In this document: piece by piece, positions 1 through 12,022 of the stretch | Numbering within the stretch: the stretch's first letter is position 1 | Layout: each line of letters begins with the position of its first letter | Notes under the pieces: model-generated | Database searches by the model: none | The model's input: the letters and a program-made list of their open reading frames with translations, nothing else | What the model was told of the DNA's origin: nothing | Translations under genes and position numbers: made by a program | From: a bacterium | Lineage (GTDB): Bacteria > Zhuqueibacterota > Zhuqueibacteria > Residuimicrobiales > Krinioviventaceae | Reading direction: 5' to 3' | Length of the DNA stretch: 64,000 bases | Assembly (NCBI GenBank): GCA_963674595.2 | Contig: CAXXFV010000006.1 | Location: 317,219 to 381,218 of the forward strand

Positions 1-1
1 T

Positions 2-496
2 GCTGATGAGTTTTATTTAATGTCTGGTCAAAAATTACCTGATGCACAAAGATATGAAGATTTTGCGCAAATTGAAAACGGAGTTGGTCTGACGCGTGAA
101 TTTTTGGGTGAATTTCATAATGATCGGAAAAGTTTTCCCAAAAAAGTAAAACCACAAAAGTGGACCGTGGTAACCGGAGAAATGGCATCAACTTTTTTTT
201 CATCAGAAATTATACCGGAATTAAATAAAATAGAAGGGCTGGATGTTCAGTTAAAAGTAATAAAAAATGAATTTTATGGCGGCGGTGTAACTGTTTCCGG
301 TTTGCTGGTCGGACAGGACATTGCAAGTCAATGCGAAAACAATGATCTGGGTGATGTTTTGATATTACCTCCAAATTGTTTAAATTATAATCGTTTATTT
401 TTGGACGATTGGGATATTGATAAATTACATGACAAACTTGATGTATTAATTAGACAACCTCAAGTTGGATTTTTGGAACTATTAGAAAATATATAA
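2..496 (+). CDS. DUF512-domain (radical SAM/PDZ-associated) protein, C-terminal part, 5'-truncated by window edge
   Basis: The frame is open from base 2 (ADEFYLM...). Motifs Q-IENGVGL, NEFYGGGVTVSGLLVGQDI and LFLDD are typical of DUF512 proteins, which often lie directly upstream of der. Confidence 0.75.
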   Translation, partial: ADEFYLMSGQKLPDAQRYEDFAQIENGVGLTREFLGEFHNDRKSFPKKVKPQKWTVVTGEMASTFFSSEIIPELNKIEGLDVQLKVIKNEFYGGGVTVSGLLVGQDIASQCENNDLGDVLILPPNCLNYNRLFLDDWDIDKLHDKLDVLIRQPQVGFLELLENI

Positions 497-498
497 TT

Positions 499-1818
499 AT
501 GAAAAAACCTATTGTTGCCATAGTCGGCAGACCTAATGTTGGTAAATCAACATTATTTAACAGAATATTACAAAAAAGAGAAGCTATTGTTGCCGATGTT
601 TCCGGCGTAACCCGTGACCGTCTTTCGGCAACGGCCGAATGGGCCGGTGTTGAATTTGAACTGTTGGATACCGGCGGCTATGTTCCTTCGTCAGAAGATG
701 TGTTTGAAAAAGCCATCCGTGAGCAGGTTGACTATGCCATCCATGAAGCGGATGTTATTGTTTTTGTAACGGATATTGTAACCGGTATTACCTCGATTGA
801 TGAAGATGTCGCCAAGATATTAAAACAAAAAAAGGTTAACGTAATTTTAGCCGTTAATAAAGTTGATAACGAGTTACGAGAACCTGAGCAGTATGTATTT
901 TTAAAACTTGGTCTTGGTGATCCGGTCCCGGTTTCTGCCATCAGTGGACGCCGAATGGGCGATTTTTTAGACAAAGTAATTGAACAGTTACCTATAACTG
1001 ATCAGGTTGAAGAGATTATTGATGAGGATGCTATTCGAATAGCTATCATTGGCAGACCTAACGTTGGCAAATCCTCCTATATCAATGCGATCCTCGGCAA
1101 AGAAAAACATATCGTCACAGATATTCCGGGAACAACACGTGATGCCGTTGATACCTTGATAAAACGGGAGGATCACAATTTTATTCTTGTTGATACAGCG
1201 GGTTTACGTCGTAAAGCCCGTGTTAAAGAGAATATTGAATATTTCAGCAATGTTAGGACCATACATGCATTACACCGCTGCGATATTGCGATTGTCTTGA
1301 TCGATGCGACGGATGGAATGACAGACCAGGACAAAAAAATTATTGATACGGCTATCCGTGCCGGCAGGGGAGTGGCACTGGCTGTGAATAAATGGGACTT
1401 GATTAAAAAGGACACCAATACGGCCAGAGAGTTTGAATTGGATTTTAAACAAAATTTTCGTGATATGGCTTATATACCGATCATGTTCATATCGGCCCTG
1501 GAAAAGCAGCGTATTTTTAAATTGCTGGATTTAGCTGCCGCCATCTATCAGGAAAGGAAAAAACGTATCCAAACTGCTGATTTGAATAAATTTCTTGAAG
1601 ATGCTATTGAAAAGAACCACCCGCCGGCTTATGGTGACAAGTATGTAAAGATCAACTATGCTACCCAAACAAAATCGGCCCCGCCAATGATTACCTTTTT
1701 TTCAAATGAACCAAAGGGCATTAAAAAGAACTATAAAAACTATCTTGAAAATTTACTGCGTCAACAATTCGGATTTATGGGAGTACCGATCAGGCTTCAT
1801 TTCAGAAAGAAAAACTAG
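499..1818 (+). CDS. der: Ribosome biogenesis GTPase Der (EngA)
   Basis: Two tandem G domains (GRPNVGKS twice, DTGG/DTAG, NKVD/NKWD) and a C-terminal KH-like domain. Confidence 0.97.
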   Translation: MKKPIVAIVGRPNVGKSTLFNRILQKREAIVADVSGVTRDRLSATAEWAGVEFELLDTGGYVPSSEDVFEKAIREQVDYAIHEADVIVFVTDIVTGITSIDEDVAKILKQKKVNVILAVNKVDNELREPEQYVFLKLGLGDPVPVSAISGRRMGDFLDKVIEQLPITDQVEEIIDEDAIRIAIIGRPNVGKSSYINAILGKEKHIVTDIPGTTRDAVDTLIKREDHNFILVDTAGLRRKARVKENIEYFSNVRTIHALHRCDIAIVLIDATDGMTDQDKKIIDTAIRAGRGVALAVNKWDLIKKDTNTAREFELDFKQNFRDMAYIPIMFISALEKQRIFKLLDLAAAIYQERKKRIQTADLNKFLEDAIEKNHPPAYGDKYVKINYATQTKSAPPMITFFSNEPKGIKKNYKNYLENLLRQQFGFMGVPIRLHFRKKN

Positions 1819-1821
1819 ATT

Positions 1822-3550
1822 ATGTCGGCTATTCGTAAATTTAAAATAATATTGGTCCTGCTCACAGGTTGTATGCTTTGGAATCAGGCTGCATTTGCCA
1901 AACCATACCTTGCCAGTGTTTTAGAACAAGATAAAAATGATGGTGTCATATCATTGGGGATGACTTATTATTACCAGTATCAGGCCAGAATTGGTAAGAT
2001 AAATCAATTACCTGAAAAATATCAAACATACTCTGTATCGCCAAATCACTCATTTTCTCTGTTTAAATCAGAGGTTAAATACCATTGGTCTGAATTTTCT
2101 TTACAGGAACAGCAATTACTCATGCCAATGTTTTGGCGTCCGTCGAGTTCAGAATTACCGTTAACTATCAAGAGTCCTTCGGGATATTTTTTAATTCATT
2201 ATACTAACGAAGGTGAAGACGCCGTTTCGCAAGAGTTTTTATCTGCTGCTGCTGAAAACTTTGATCTGACTTATAATTATCTTGTTAACCAATTGGGCTT
2301 TTATCCGCCGCCTGTCGATAATATAGATTCACCTGAATATGATATTTACATCCGTAACCAAAATTCCGGAGATTATGGTAGTACAACATCTGAAAGCGCG
2401 GATTTATCGACTACGAGAGATGACTATAGCAGTTGGATTGAAATTGACAATGATTTTACCCAAACTTTTACAAAAGGATTGAATGGCTTGCGTGTAACGG
2501 CAACACATGAATTTTTTCATGCTATTCATTTTGGTTATAAATCATTTACCAATGAACTGGATCGTTTTTTTTTATGAAGCAAGCGCTACATGGCTGGAAG
2601 ATCAGTTGCAAGATGATATTAACGATTATCTTCAATATCTTCCGGATATGTTTCAAGCTTTTTATATACCTGTTTACAAACATCATTATGCTTTTTGTAT
2701 TTTTAATAAAATGCTGGAAAAAAAGTATGGTGCGGCTATCATTAAAAGGATGTGGGATGAATTCATTTCTTATCGCTCTTTTGAGGCTATAGACAGGGCT
2801 TGTAACTTTTATAACAGTTCTTTTGCCTACGAGTTGACCGATTTTGCCATTTGGAATGTTTATACCGGTGACAAGGCAGATACCCTTCATTATTATTCAG
2901 AGGGTAATTTATTTCCCAGTATACAACCGATGCAGGCTGCTAATTTAAATTCCGAGGTGGTATTTCAGGATAATGCGCAAAATTATTCTTTAAATTATTA
3001 TTCCATATCTGTTAAAACAAACAATAATTTTGTGCTTGAACCCACATTTGAATCATCACAATATTGGAAATGTGCCAGTGTACTGGAGCAGACAGATAAT
3101 CATTTTGAGAACCAAATGACCAGTGGCGAAGGTGAACAGGAATTTAACTTGATAGTTGGTGACAAGTTATGGCTTGCCGCTGTTCATACGACTTGGTCAA
3201 GTTCATCTAATTCAAATCCCTATAAATTGACAGTAAAAACCGGTGATATAACGAACCATTCAGACGATACTGTTGAAATTTTCCCAAATCCTTTCAAGCC
3301 CGAACAAGCAACATGGGTGTTTTTTAAATATTGTATTGATTCACCGTCTGATAATTCCGTTATGTCAATTTTAAATGAAAATGGAACGCTCGTAAAACAA
3401 ATTGAGTTGGGTAAGCAGTTATGCGGGCAAAATACAACCAAATGGGATGGAAAAACAAAAGACGGTGTAAATGCTGCCTCCGGCGTTTACCTGGTGTTGT
3501 TTCAGGGTAACGAAATAAAGAAACCATCCAAATTTTTACTAGTTAGGTAA
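1822..3550 (+). CDS. Secreted zinc metalloprotease (HExxH; MXAN_6640-like) with C-terminal FlgD-Ig/sorting domain; split by +1 indel in T9 run at 2565-2573
   Basis: Signal peptide, TATHEFFHAIH and a C-terminal FPNPF...WDGK...ASGVY domain. Removing one T joins ORFs 1822..2577 and 2507..3550 as ...DRFFYEASATW... Confidence 0.75.
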
Positions 3551-3576
3551 TACAAACCTGTTTTAAATGGATAGAT

Positions 3577-4532
3577 ATGATGAAAGCTTTGATATATGAT
3601 GATAAACTTTTAATTAAAGAAATTCCCAAACCTGAAAGACAAAAGAACCAATCTTTAATTAAAGTGATATTAGCCGGAATTTGCAATACAGATTTGGAAA
3701 TATTAAAGGGCTATATGGCATTTAAAGGCGTATTGGGCCATGAATTTGTCGGTATTGTTGAAGAAAGTGATTCACCATCTCTTATTGGTAAAAGAGTAAT
3801 CGGTGAAATTAACGTTGCCTGTAAGGTTTGTGATTATTGTAGAAAAGGTTTACAACGACATTGTCCTACACGGTCTGTTATTGGTATTGCCGGCCACCAG
3901 GGTGCCTTTGCAGAGTATATTGTTCTACCGGATGATAACATTCATATTATTGATGATGCTATTGCTAATAATGAGGCGGTTTTTACCGAACCCCTGGCTG
4001 CCGCTTTGGAAATTTTAGAACAGATCAAGATTGAACCCGATCATAAAGTTTGCATCATTGGCGATGGAAAATTAGCACTGTTGATTGTACAGGTCCTTTT
4101 ATTAACGGGGGCTGATATTTTAATGATAGGAAAACATACAAAAAATTTGACATTTGCAGAACAACTGGCGCGCGTGTTTATAAATATCCACAAACGCCTG
4201 ACATCAAATATGATATTGTGGTCGAAGCATCCGGCAGCCCTAATGGATTTGATACGGCATTAAACATTATAAAACCACGCGGTATTATGGTATGTAAAAG
4301 TACTTTTCATGAAATGTTAAATTTTAATATCGCTAAAATTATTATAGATGAAATAACACTGGTTGGTTCACGTTGCGGTCTTTTTGCACCTGCACTTCGC
4401 TTGCTAAAAAATAATAAAATATTGGTAGAACCAATTATTTCTGATATTTTTCCTTTTTCTGAATCTGTAGCTGCTTTTGAATATGCTCAGCAAAAGGGAG
4501 TATTAAAAGTACTGCTTGATTTTCAGAAATGA
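3577..4532 (+). CDS. Zn-dependent alcohol dehydrogenase (MDR family); split by one missing G near 4167
   Basis: GICNTD, GHEFVG, structural Zn CxxCxxCx7C and GDGKL. Adding one G gives EQLGARVYKY...YDIVVEASG and joins ORFs 3577..4263 and 4218..4532. Confidence 0.85.
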
Positions 4533-4772
4533 AACTGTGTCTTATTTTAATACATTATTCTTAATTTATTGAAAAAATTAAAAAATAATTGACACTTTCA
4601 ATATTTTTACTTAACTTACGATGGTTTTTAAGGTTTAGCAGTATATTGAAAAACGGCTTTAAAATTAACCTGTTAATTATTAGATGTTTAAGTAGTATAA
4701 AACGGGTAAGTAAAATCTCCTCATAAAGCTCGTTTTCCAAATGGACTTGGAAGGTAAGGCAACTTGGTAAGG

Positions 4773-4787
4773 TGGCATAAAAATTGC
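4773..4787 (+). promoter_or_regulatory. Sigma54 (-24/-12) promoter
   Basis: TGGCAT-AAAAA-TTGC matches TGGCAY-N5-TTGC with correct spacing, about 50 bp upstream of the ATG at 4840. Confidence 0.6.
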
Positions 4788-4839
4788 GTAAAGTAACGCA
4801 AATTAACGAAACCACCATTTAAAGCAACAAAGGTCTAGA

Positions 4840-5373
4840 ATGGAAGAGCTGTTCTATTTTTCCACATTTGATTTATTAATCAAAACAAAATATGCCCAAG
4901 AGGCAAATTCCCTTCGTTATGCCACGCATCGTTCAATATCAATTGACGAAAAAAAGGCTGTTGAAAGCTATGTTTTAGAAGAAGTTGCGCCTAAAACAGA
5001 CTATTACCAAAAGTCTCCTTCTTTATTACTTTACATGGGTGTGGATGTTACTTTGGCTAAAGAATTAAAGTTTTATCGTGTTCAAAACACATTAAAAGAC
5101 ATTCTTGATAACAAAGCGATGGTCGATAAGGAAGTACAAAATGTAATTTCTAAATCGTTAAGCAATTACTATTTTGAAAGAATAGGCGACAAGCTAATAA
5201 TTTTAAGAGATTTTATTCAGGAAGATCAGTCCGATGAAAAAATCGAAAATGTTTTCCTGGAAATTTCTATTTTGCTTGAAGCATACAACATAAACTCTGG
5301 TCAAAATATTGAAATTAAAGATATTTTACCTTTTCAAGCAAAAAAGTTTTATCAACAGTTTACACAACATTAA
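4840..5373 (+). CDS. Hypothetical protein
   Basis: 177-aa ORF with an ATG start and no recognised motif. Confidence 0.65.
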   Translation: MEELFYFSTFDLLIKTKYAQEANSLRYATHRSISIDEKKAVESYVLEEVAPKTDYYQKSPSLLLYMGVDVTLAKELKFYRVQNTLKDILDNKAMVDKEVQNVISKSLSNYYFERIGDKLIILRDFIQEDQSDEKIENVFLEISILLEAYNINSGQNIEIKDILPFQAKKFYQQFTQH

Positions 5374-5433
5374 CAAGCATTGGTTTTGAACAAGGCATTG
5401 ATATTGAGTTCAACACCATGAAGGGAGAATAAG

Positions 5434-6757
5434 ATGAAGTATATAGGAATTTTTTTAACGGTTATTTTTTTTGGTTGTATCTTCAACCGTTTTCTCTCAA
5501 CAATCGAATTCCGGTTCCAATTTTGGTATGGGTTTAAATGTGGGAGTTCAAAAACCATTTTGTGATAAAGAGCATACCGCTGTTGCACCTGCCGGCGAAT
5601 TTATGGCCAAGTACTTTTTCAGCAAAAAATTCAGCTTAACATTTGGGCTTGGCTTTGGCATGCTTGGTGATGGTTATTTTGATGATAGCTCTTTTGAAAC
5701 CAATTTAATCACAGGTGATTTGAGAGCAAATATTGGTCTTCTTGACCCGGGCAAAGTCAATCCATTCGTCACAATCGGTGCCGGTATTTTTAATTTTCAG
5801 TATAATCCGACCGCTAGTTATGCGCCCGGTTATGCCAAGTTAAAAGATCAGGGATTTTCAGATAACCGATTTTTCGACGGTTCACTCATCGTCGGTGGTG
5901 GTATGGAAATTATGAATTCTTCACGTCTCGGCATTAATCTTTCCGCAGACTATCGTTTTACCACAAGCGATGATATTGACGGCGGTTCTTATTTGGGTGA
6001 CAGTAAAGACGGTTATTTAAATTTAAGAGCCGGTTTTATTTACTATATGGGCGACAGACCCACCCGACCTGGACCTACGGATGATGATTTACTCGCCCTT
6101 CAAGGCGTTGAATATGGTGAAGTTGAAGAATCTGAATTTGCAGATGACAGTGATAATTTAGCAATGTTTGAAGCTAAACTGGATAAGCTTGAAGCATCTG
6201 AATCTGATTTTTCAATGGAACAATATGTCAGACTTAAATCAAGAGTTGACGAATTAAATCGGTTAATTGATGATAAGGAACGGGAATTGGATGGTTTACG
6301 GGCAAGTCTTGATTTTAAAAATCAAAGAATTTCCGACCTTGAAGGTGAATTACAACAACCATACAGTTCCAGTTATGTTGGATCAGATCAATTTTCTGTA
6401 GAATATGAAGAAGCGCTGAGAACATTTTATTCACGAGATTATAGTTCCGCAATCAGAATTTTTAGTGATTTAATCCAGAGATTCCCTTCTCATAAACTTG
6501 CCAGTAATTGTCAATACTGGATAGGGGAGAGTTACTTTGGAATGAGTGATTTTTCAAGAGCTTCAGACGCATTTCAAAATGTATTTGATTATCACTTGTC
6601 CTACAAAAAAGATGATGCTACTTTAATGCTGGGACGATGTTATCAAAAAATGCAGGATACCGACACAGCGCGTCGTTACTTTCAGGAAGTTATCGATGTT
6701 TATCCTTCCAGTGAATATGTTGGGAAAGCCAAGGAGTGGCTCGATAGAATTGGATAG
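5434..6757 (+). CDS. Outer-membrane beta-barrel + coiled coil + TPR (CpoB/YbgF-like) protein; +1 indel in T8 run at 5465-5472
   Basis: RBS GGGAG and ATG at 5434. The corrected N-terminus MKYIGIFLTVIFLVVSSTVFSQ is a signal peptide. It is followed by an OmpA-type barrel ending YLNLRAGFIYY, a coiled coil and YbgF-like TPRs (NCQYWIGESYF, DDATLMLG). Confidence 0.75.
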
Positions 6758-6759
6758 TT

Positions 6760-6795
6760 AAAAAAAAAGCCGTCAAAAATGACGGCTTTTTTTTT
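6760..6795. terminator. Bidirectional rho-independent terminator
   Basis: A-run / AGCCGTC-AAAAAT-GACGGCT / T-run between convergent genes. Confidence 0.85.
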
Positions 6796-6803
6796 GTCTT
6801 TAT

Positions 6804-8016
6804 TTAAAACGCACTAACTAATCCCAATGTAATTATATTTTTATCATATTCAAGATTTCGTGTATATTCTCCAATAATTCGTAAATTCCTTGCAATGAGA
6901 AAAGTGCTGCTAAATGTGGCGGTTTCATAGTTTTCCAAAGTTTGTGTAAAATTATTATTCTGATCAGATTTGAACTTGATTTTATTATACAGCAGTGTAA
7001 AATAAACCCTGGATCGATCAAGTTTTGGAGAAATAACGGTTTCCAGTATAATTCCATCGCATTCAATGTCTTTGGTAACAGAGTCGAAAAACGGATTTGT
7101 ATCTTTTCGTTTTAAATATTGTCCTGTTACTTCTACAGGTCCAATGCCTATGTTGAAATCCGTTCCCAGGTAGGTTATTTCATTTTTTTCACCTGAACTC
7201 AGGGTTGTGGCCTCTAACTCTTCATTACCTTTGTAATATAACCCGCCAATACTAAAATGTTCACCAATACCCTGGTTTAAACGAAAACCAATGTTTTTTA
7301 TTCGAATCATTATCGAATTTTTTATCATTTCCTGCTTCGTCCTTCCCGTTGCCATTGACCAGCATCCCAACTAAATCAGTGCCTGTTTTTTCAATCCCGT
7401 AAACAACCATTATGCCGCGATCATAAGCAAGATTGGTATTAGAGTGCCCAACACTGGTTTTATAGATCATATAATCTTCAACCGTTAATCGAAGTTCCCG
7501 TTTCATTAAAGGATCAGAGGTTTGAAACTGACCAACCATAATATCAAAATTCGTATCACCAACATTGTCAAAATGAATATAGGCGTCTTCTATACCGGCC
7601 ACTTCACCTCGTTCAGACATATAAAAGTAAAAATAATATCCTATATTTTTGTAAAGTGCGCCTCCGGATAAAAGTTTAATTCCCCAGGGTGTTTGCAGAT
7701 CTTTTTCCACAAACTGGTCCTGCTCATATTGAGCAAAGGCATCAAAACGAACAGCAATCGGAAAGTCTTTATTCAGCCAAAGAAGATCATCTCCGGCCGA
7801 GACATAATTACGTTTGTTTTCTTCCTCTTTAATTATAAAACCATTTCCTGCAAATTCATCTCCATAGGGTTTTAATTTTGGCATCGGTGAATGGCAGGTA
7901 CTGCATGAAATTTTATAACGCCGTGCAAAAGCAGGAATAGCCATGACATTTGCAGCCAAAAAAAGTAATGTCAATAGAGTTGTCAACATTAATGTTAAAT
8001 TTAAATGCTTTTTCAT
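6804..8016 (-). CDS. Cyc2-like monoheme cytochrome c-porin fusion; +1 indel at 7294-7299
   Basis: Signal peptide, then IPAFARRYKISCSTCHSPMPKLKPYGDEFAGNGF, then a beta-strand-rich body ending in Phe. Removing one A gives DSNKNIGFRL and joins ORFs 7261..8016 and 6804..7370. Confidence 0.75.
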
Positions 8017-8029
8017 GGGAAACCTCCAC

Positions 8030-9368
8030 TTAGTCGTAAACTTCTATCCAGGTTGTTGTAGAATTTACCGGAATAATTTCGCTTTCCTCTGCTGGTACAC
8101 CAAGAAAATCGGCAACCGGTTTTACCAATTTTTGAAAGTTCAACTCTGCGTAAAAAGTAACTTTACCCAAAGCAATATCTTCAGGCAGTTGCCAGGTAAA
8201 TGTTTCAATTTTGGTTTCCCTGGGACCAATTCTATAATCCACTCCTAGTGATTTTGTGTTCCATTGCATTATTGTCATAATCCCGGACGGATCAAAATAA
8301 GGCATTCTGAAAATTCGGTCTCCAACAGGAATTCCATCCCGTTCCACTCCTTTGAAATCAGGAATACCTTTGGGTACACCCATATCAATATAAGCTAAAT
8401 CATTGGAGCCGATTGTATATTCTTCTCCATCAAACCCTTTTTTGTCAACAGGAATATGATATTCTTTACCATCAGCATCTTTGGCTGTAACATGCAGCCA
8501 CATGATTCTATCTTCTACTGAACCGGTTGGAATTTTATGGCCGGCCTTGCCATTAAAAAGCTGAACTTTTAACACAACGGTTTCATCATATTCCAGTTCC
8601 CGAATTTGAGGATGCATACGTAATTCGATTGCTCCGGCTACTTTACCCGGATCGTGTGCACCATGAAACAAGTGCTGCGCAACCATGTCTTCTTTTGCCA
8701 TTTTAGCATTTTTACCCATTGCCTTTGGCATGTGACATTGATGGCAGGGAACTCCCTGCTTGGAATAGGGACCTTCCTGCCATTCTAATTGTGTAGATTT
8801 TACCCAGATACCAAACGGATTTTTTTCATTATGACAGTTACCACAAAATTCGGCTGCTTTGTAGATTTCTAAAAATCTGGTTTCATGATGAGGAGAAACA
8901 AGACCCGGTTTTTGCACCATATTTAACCCGGCCCGGCTCGGACATAAAGCTAAAATTAAAAGGAACATCACCTTTATATCCGGTAATTGTGTGGCAAACT
9001 TCGCAGCTTACACTTTCATTTGCACGTGAGTTTTCAGATGGTCGTGGAGGAGTTACATCTCCTGCCATATAGGCCAATGGCGTATGGCACCCGTTACAAC
9101 CGTCAACAGGTCCTTTTAATTCAGGAACCTTTTCAGCATGCGCAACAGCTAAATCAAAATATTCAATTTCATCCCAATGATGCGTGTAAGCTTGAGACAT
9201 CATAGCCTGTGTCCATTGTTGATAGATATCCGTATGGCAGCTTGCACAGGCTTGCGGTTTTTCATATTGATCGTATTTTTTACTGCCTAATGCCTCTTCA
9301 CCAGCAGGATTGCCGTACAGAGAAACAATACAAAGCAAAAGTACCAAAAAACTAGAAATTACCCTCAT
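8030..9368 (-). CDS. Periplasmic multiheme cytochrome c (5 CxxCH); +1 indel at 8909-8913
   Basis: AGGAG RBS, ATG at 9368 and a signal peptide. Heme motifs CASCH, CNGCH, CEVCH, CGNCH and CHQCH. The corrected junction reads YGAKPGLVSPHH. Confidence 0.85.
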
Positions 9369-9407
9369 CACATGTCTCCTTGATAATGACAATTTACACG
9401 TAATTAT

Positions 9408-9782
9408 TTATTTTGTCCACAATCCATGAAGGTTGCAGTATTCCCGTACCTTAATTATTTCGTCATCTATGGAGAATTCTGCTTCCGGTGAATCACCAGG
9501 ATTTAACATTTTGGTATAAATTTTATTTTTTGTTATTACCTGGATCCATTGAATATAGTGTTTTTCTTCCATTGGGTGAGATACACTGCCGACTTTGACT
9601 AAAACTTTGTTTCCATTTTGCTCGACAACAGGTACATGTTTTTCAACAGCCGCATCAACAGTGTTTTCCGTTAATAAATTCATAGCTTTACCACAACATG
9701 TCAATGTGCCGCCACCTACTGACACAACCTGTATTATATTTCCACAAACACTGCATTTAAATACCTGGTTTTGTTCCAACAT
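9408..9782 (-). CDS. dfx: Desulfoferrodoxin (2Fe superoxide reductase)
   Basis: CSVCGN...CCG desulforedoxin domain, plus EKHVP, HPM, HYIQWI and CNLHGLW. GGAGG RBS before the ATG at 9782. Confidence 0.93.
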   Translation of the reverse strand: MLEQNQVFKCSVCGNIIQVVSVGGGTLTCCGKAMNLLTENTVDAAVEKHVPVVEQNGNKVLVKVGSVSHPMEEKHYIQWIQVITKNKIYTKMLNPGDSPEAEFSIDDEIIKVREYCNLHGLWTK

Positions 9783-10048
9783 GATAATCCTCCATATGTT
9801 TATTCTGTACATTTATTGTTATCTGGTTTCCCAATTATTATCTTAAATATATTAAATATTTAGAGACAATTCCATAACGAAATTAAAAAAATCAAACTAC
9901 ACAACATTTTGCTCAAATTCTGTTATGTATATTTTGTATATACTTAAAATTGTAAAATATTGTATAAAAATTCTTTGCACATCTATATTTTTATTTATAT
10001 ATTGCCTAGATTAGGAACAACTTGGAAATATTATATTTCGGACTACTT

Positions 10049-11118
10049 ATGGGCAGGTTTCATTTCTTTAACTCTTTTTTTAGTAAAATATCTCTTGGAT
10101 TTTTTAAAGAAGTTGCAATTCTACAGGTTTTAAAATGTTTAACAGTTAAACGTTTTATTAATATAATTCAAACAAGTTTATCTTTTTTTTTTATCTGCAA
10201 TTTTAAAAAAGAATATTGTTTGGGGTTACCCGATTATACTTAATATAGAACCCACAAACACCTGTAATCTTCATTGTCCTTTATGCACTACAGGCAGTAA
10301 CAATATGACCCGACCAAGAGGCAAACTGAGTTTTGAACTATTTAAAAATGTTTTAGACCAAATAGGCGATAAAATTTTATACGTTACATTGTATGCACAG
10401 GGAGAACCGTTTTTAAATAAAGACATAAACAAATTCATAAAATATGCCAAAGATAAAGGTGTTTATGTCAATACAAGTACAAATGCTCATTTTTTTACTA
10501 CAAAAGAACAAGCTGTTTCCGTGGTAAAAAGCGGGCTGGACAGTATGATTATTTCTCTTGATGGTGTTACTCAGGAAAGTTTTAGTTACTATCGACGTGG
10601 TGGAGAGCTGCAAACAGTATTAACAGGCATTAAAAATCTCGTTAAATCAAAAAAGGAATATAACGCACGCACTCCTTTTTTGTATTTACAATTTTTAGTT
10701 ATGAAACATAATGAACATGAAATCCCTGAAATAAAAAAATTGGCAAAAGAACTTGACGTTAACAGACTATTGATCAAGACAATTCAGGTGCACAGTCTTG
10801 AGGAAGCGAAGGAATGGTTACCTCAAAATGAAAAATTAAAAAGATATCATGTTACTTTTGATTCATTTACCGTTAAACAAGGAAAGGGAATATGTCCTCG
10901 TCCCTGGTTAACCACATTGGTTGATTGGGACGGACTGGTCGTTCCATGTTGTTTTGATAAAAACGGCGAATTTCCCATGGGAAATGTTTCAACATCTGAT
11001 TTTGACTCTGTCTGGTCTTCTAAAAATTACCAAAATTTTAGAAAAAAAATGGTAAAAAATAGAAATAGTATAAAAAATTTGTAAAAATTGTAATTATGGC
11101 ATCGGTCTTTTTAAATAA
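10049..11118 (+). CDS. Radical SAM/SPASM(twitch) protein; +1 indels at 10183-10192 and 11072-11077
   Basis: The corrected frame gives IEPTNTCNLHCPLC (CxxxCxxC), GEP, CPRPW...DGLVVPCCFD and a C-terminal ICKNC. Confidence 0.8.
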
Positions 11119-11130
11119 ATTGAGCATTAA

Positions 11131-11964
11131 ATGAAGAAAAATATAAATCATGATTTTTATGATGAATATCATAAAAAACTCATATATAATAATCCTGAAA
11201 AACAAAAAATAGCCCGTGACATGCTGGAAAGATATACTGGCACTGATGCCTCGGAATTTAAGGAATATATTATATTAACCAATTTTTTCAATTATTTAAA
11301 AATGTTTTCATCTACTTATAATAGTAAAATAATTGATGGAACTGTTTTGTCTGTGGTACACAGTAACGATGTGAATATCAGTATGGTAGATATTAATATT
11401 GGTGCACCTACGGCTGCACTAATAATTGAAATTCTAAGTGTTATTAGACCCAAAGCTGTACTTTTCCTTGGAATGTGCGGTGGTTTAAATTCGGTTTTAA
11501 ATGTGGGCGATTTTTTAATTCCTATCGCTGCCATCAGAGACGAAGGTGTTTCCTCTCATTTCATTCCACCACAGGTACCATCTTTGCCGACTTTTGAAAT
11601 TCAAAAATTAACCAGTCAGATCATTATTGAAAACGGTTTGGATTATCATACAGGCGTTGTGCATACCACTGACGTTCGATTTTGGGAATTTGATGAAATG
11701 TTTAAACGAGTTCTATATGAAGAACGTGCTGTTGCCATCGATATGGAATGTTCTGCCTTATTTTCTGTAGGATTTGTCTGCAAAGTGCCTATTGGCGCTT
11801 TATTACTTGTTTCTGATTTGCCTCTTGTTGATGGAGGGATTAAAACAAAAGAATCATCTAAAAAGGTTTTTCAAGATTTCACTAATAAGCATATTGAACT
11901 TGGTATAGAAACTATGATTCAAATTCAAAAAAGGGGAGAGCATATTCGATATTATCGCTGGTAA
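11131..11964 (+). CDS. amn: AMP nucleosidase (short PNP/UDP phosphorylase family form)
   Basis: MLERYTG, YIILTNF, LGMCGGL, AAIRDEGVS, RFWEFD, DMECSALF and GALLLVSDLP. Confidence 0.85.
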   Translation: MKKNINHDFYDEYHKKLIYNNPEKQKIARDMLERYTGTDASEFKEYIILTNFFNYLKMFSSTYNSKIIDGTVLSVVHSNDVNISMVDINIGAPTAALIIEILSVIRPKAVLFLGMCGGLNSVLNVGDFLIPIAAIRDEGVSSHFIPPQVPSLPTFEIQKLTSQIIIENGLDYHTGVVHTTDVRFWEFDEMFKRVLYEERAVAIDMECSALFSVGFVCKVPIGALLLVSDLPLVDGGIKTKESSKKVFQDFTNKHIELGIETMIQIQKRGEHIRYYRW

Positions 11965-12022
11965 CCATGTTGTATTATTACAAGACTAATATTTTCATTT
12001 TTTAATATAAGGAGATTAGTTA

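Noticed and set aside
10049-11118. RiPP maturase or anaerobic sulfatase maturase
   Set aside because: There is no adjacent precursor peptide or transporter, only a short twitch-type Cys set, and the sulfatase is 13 kb away. ORF 10022..10243 is just the frameshifted N-terminus.
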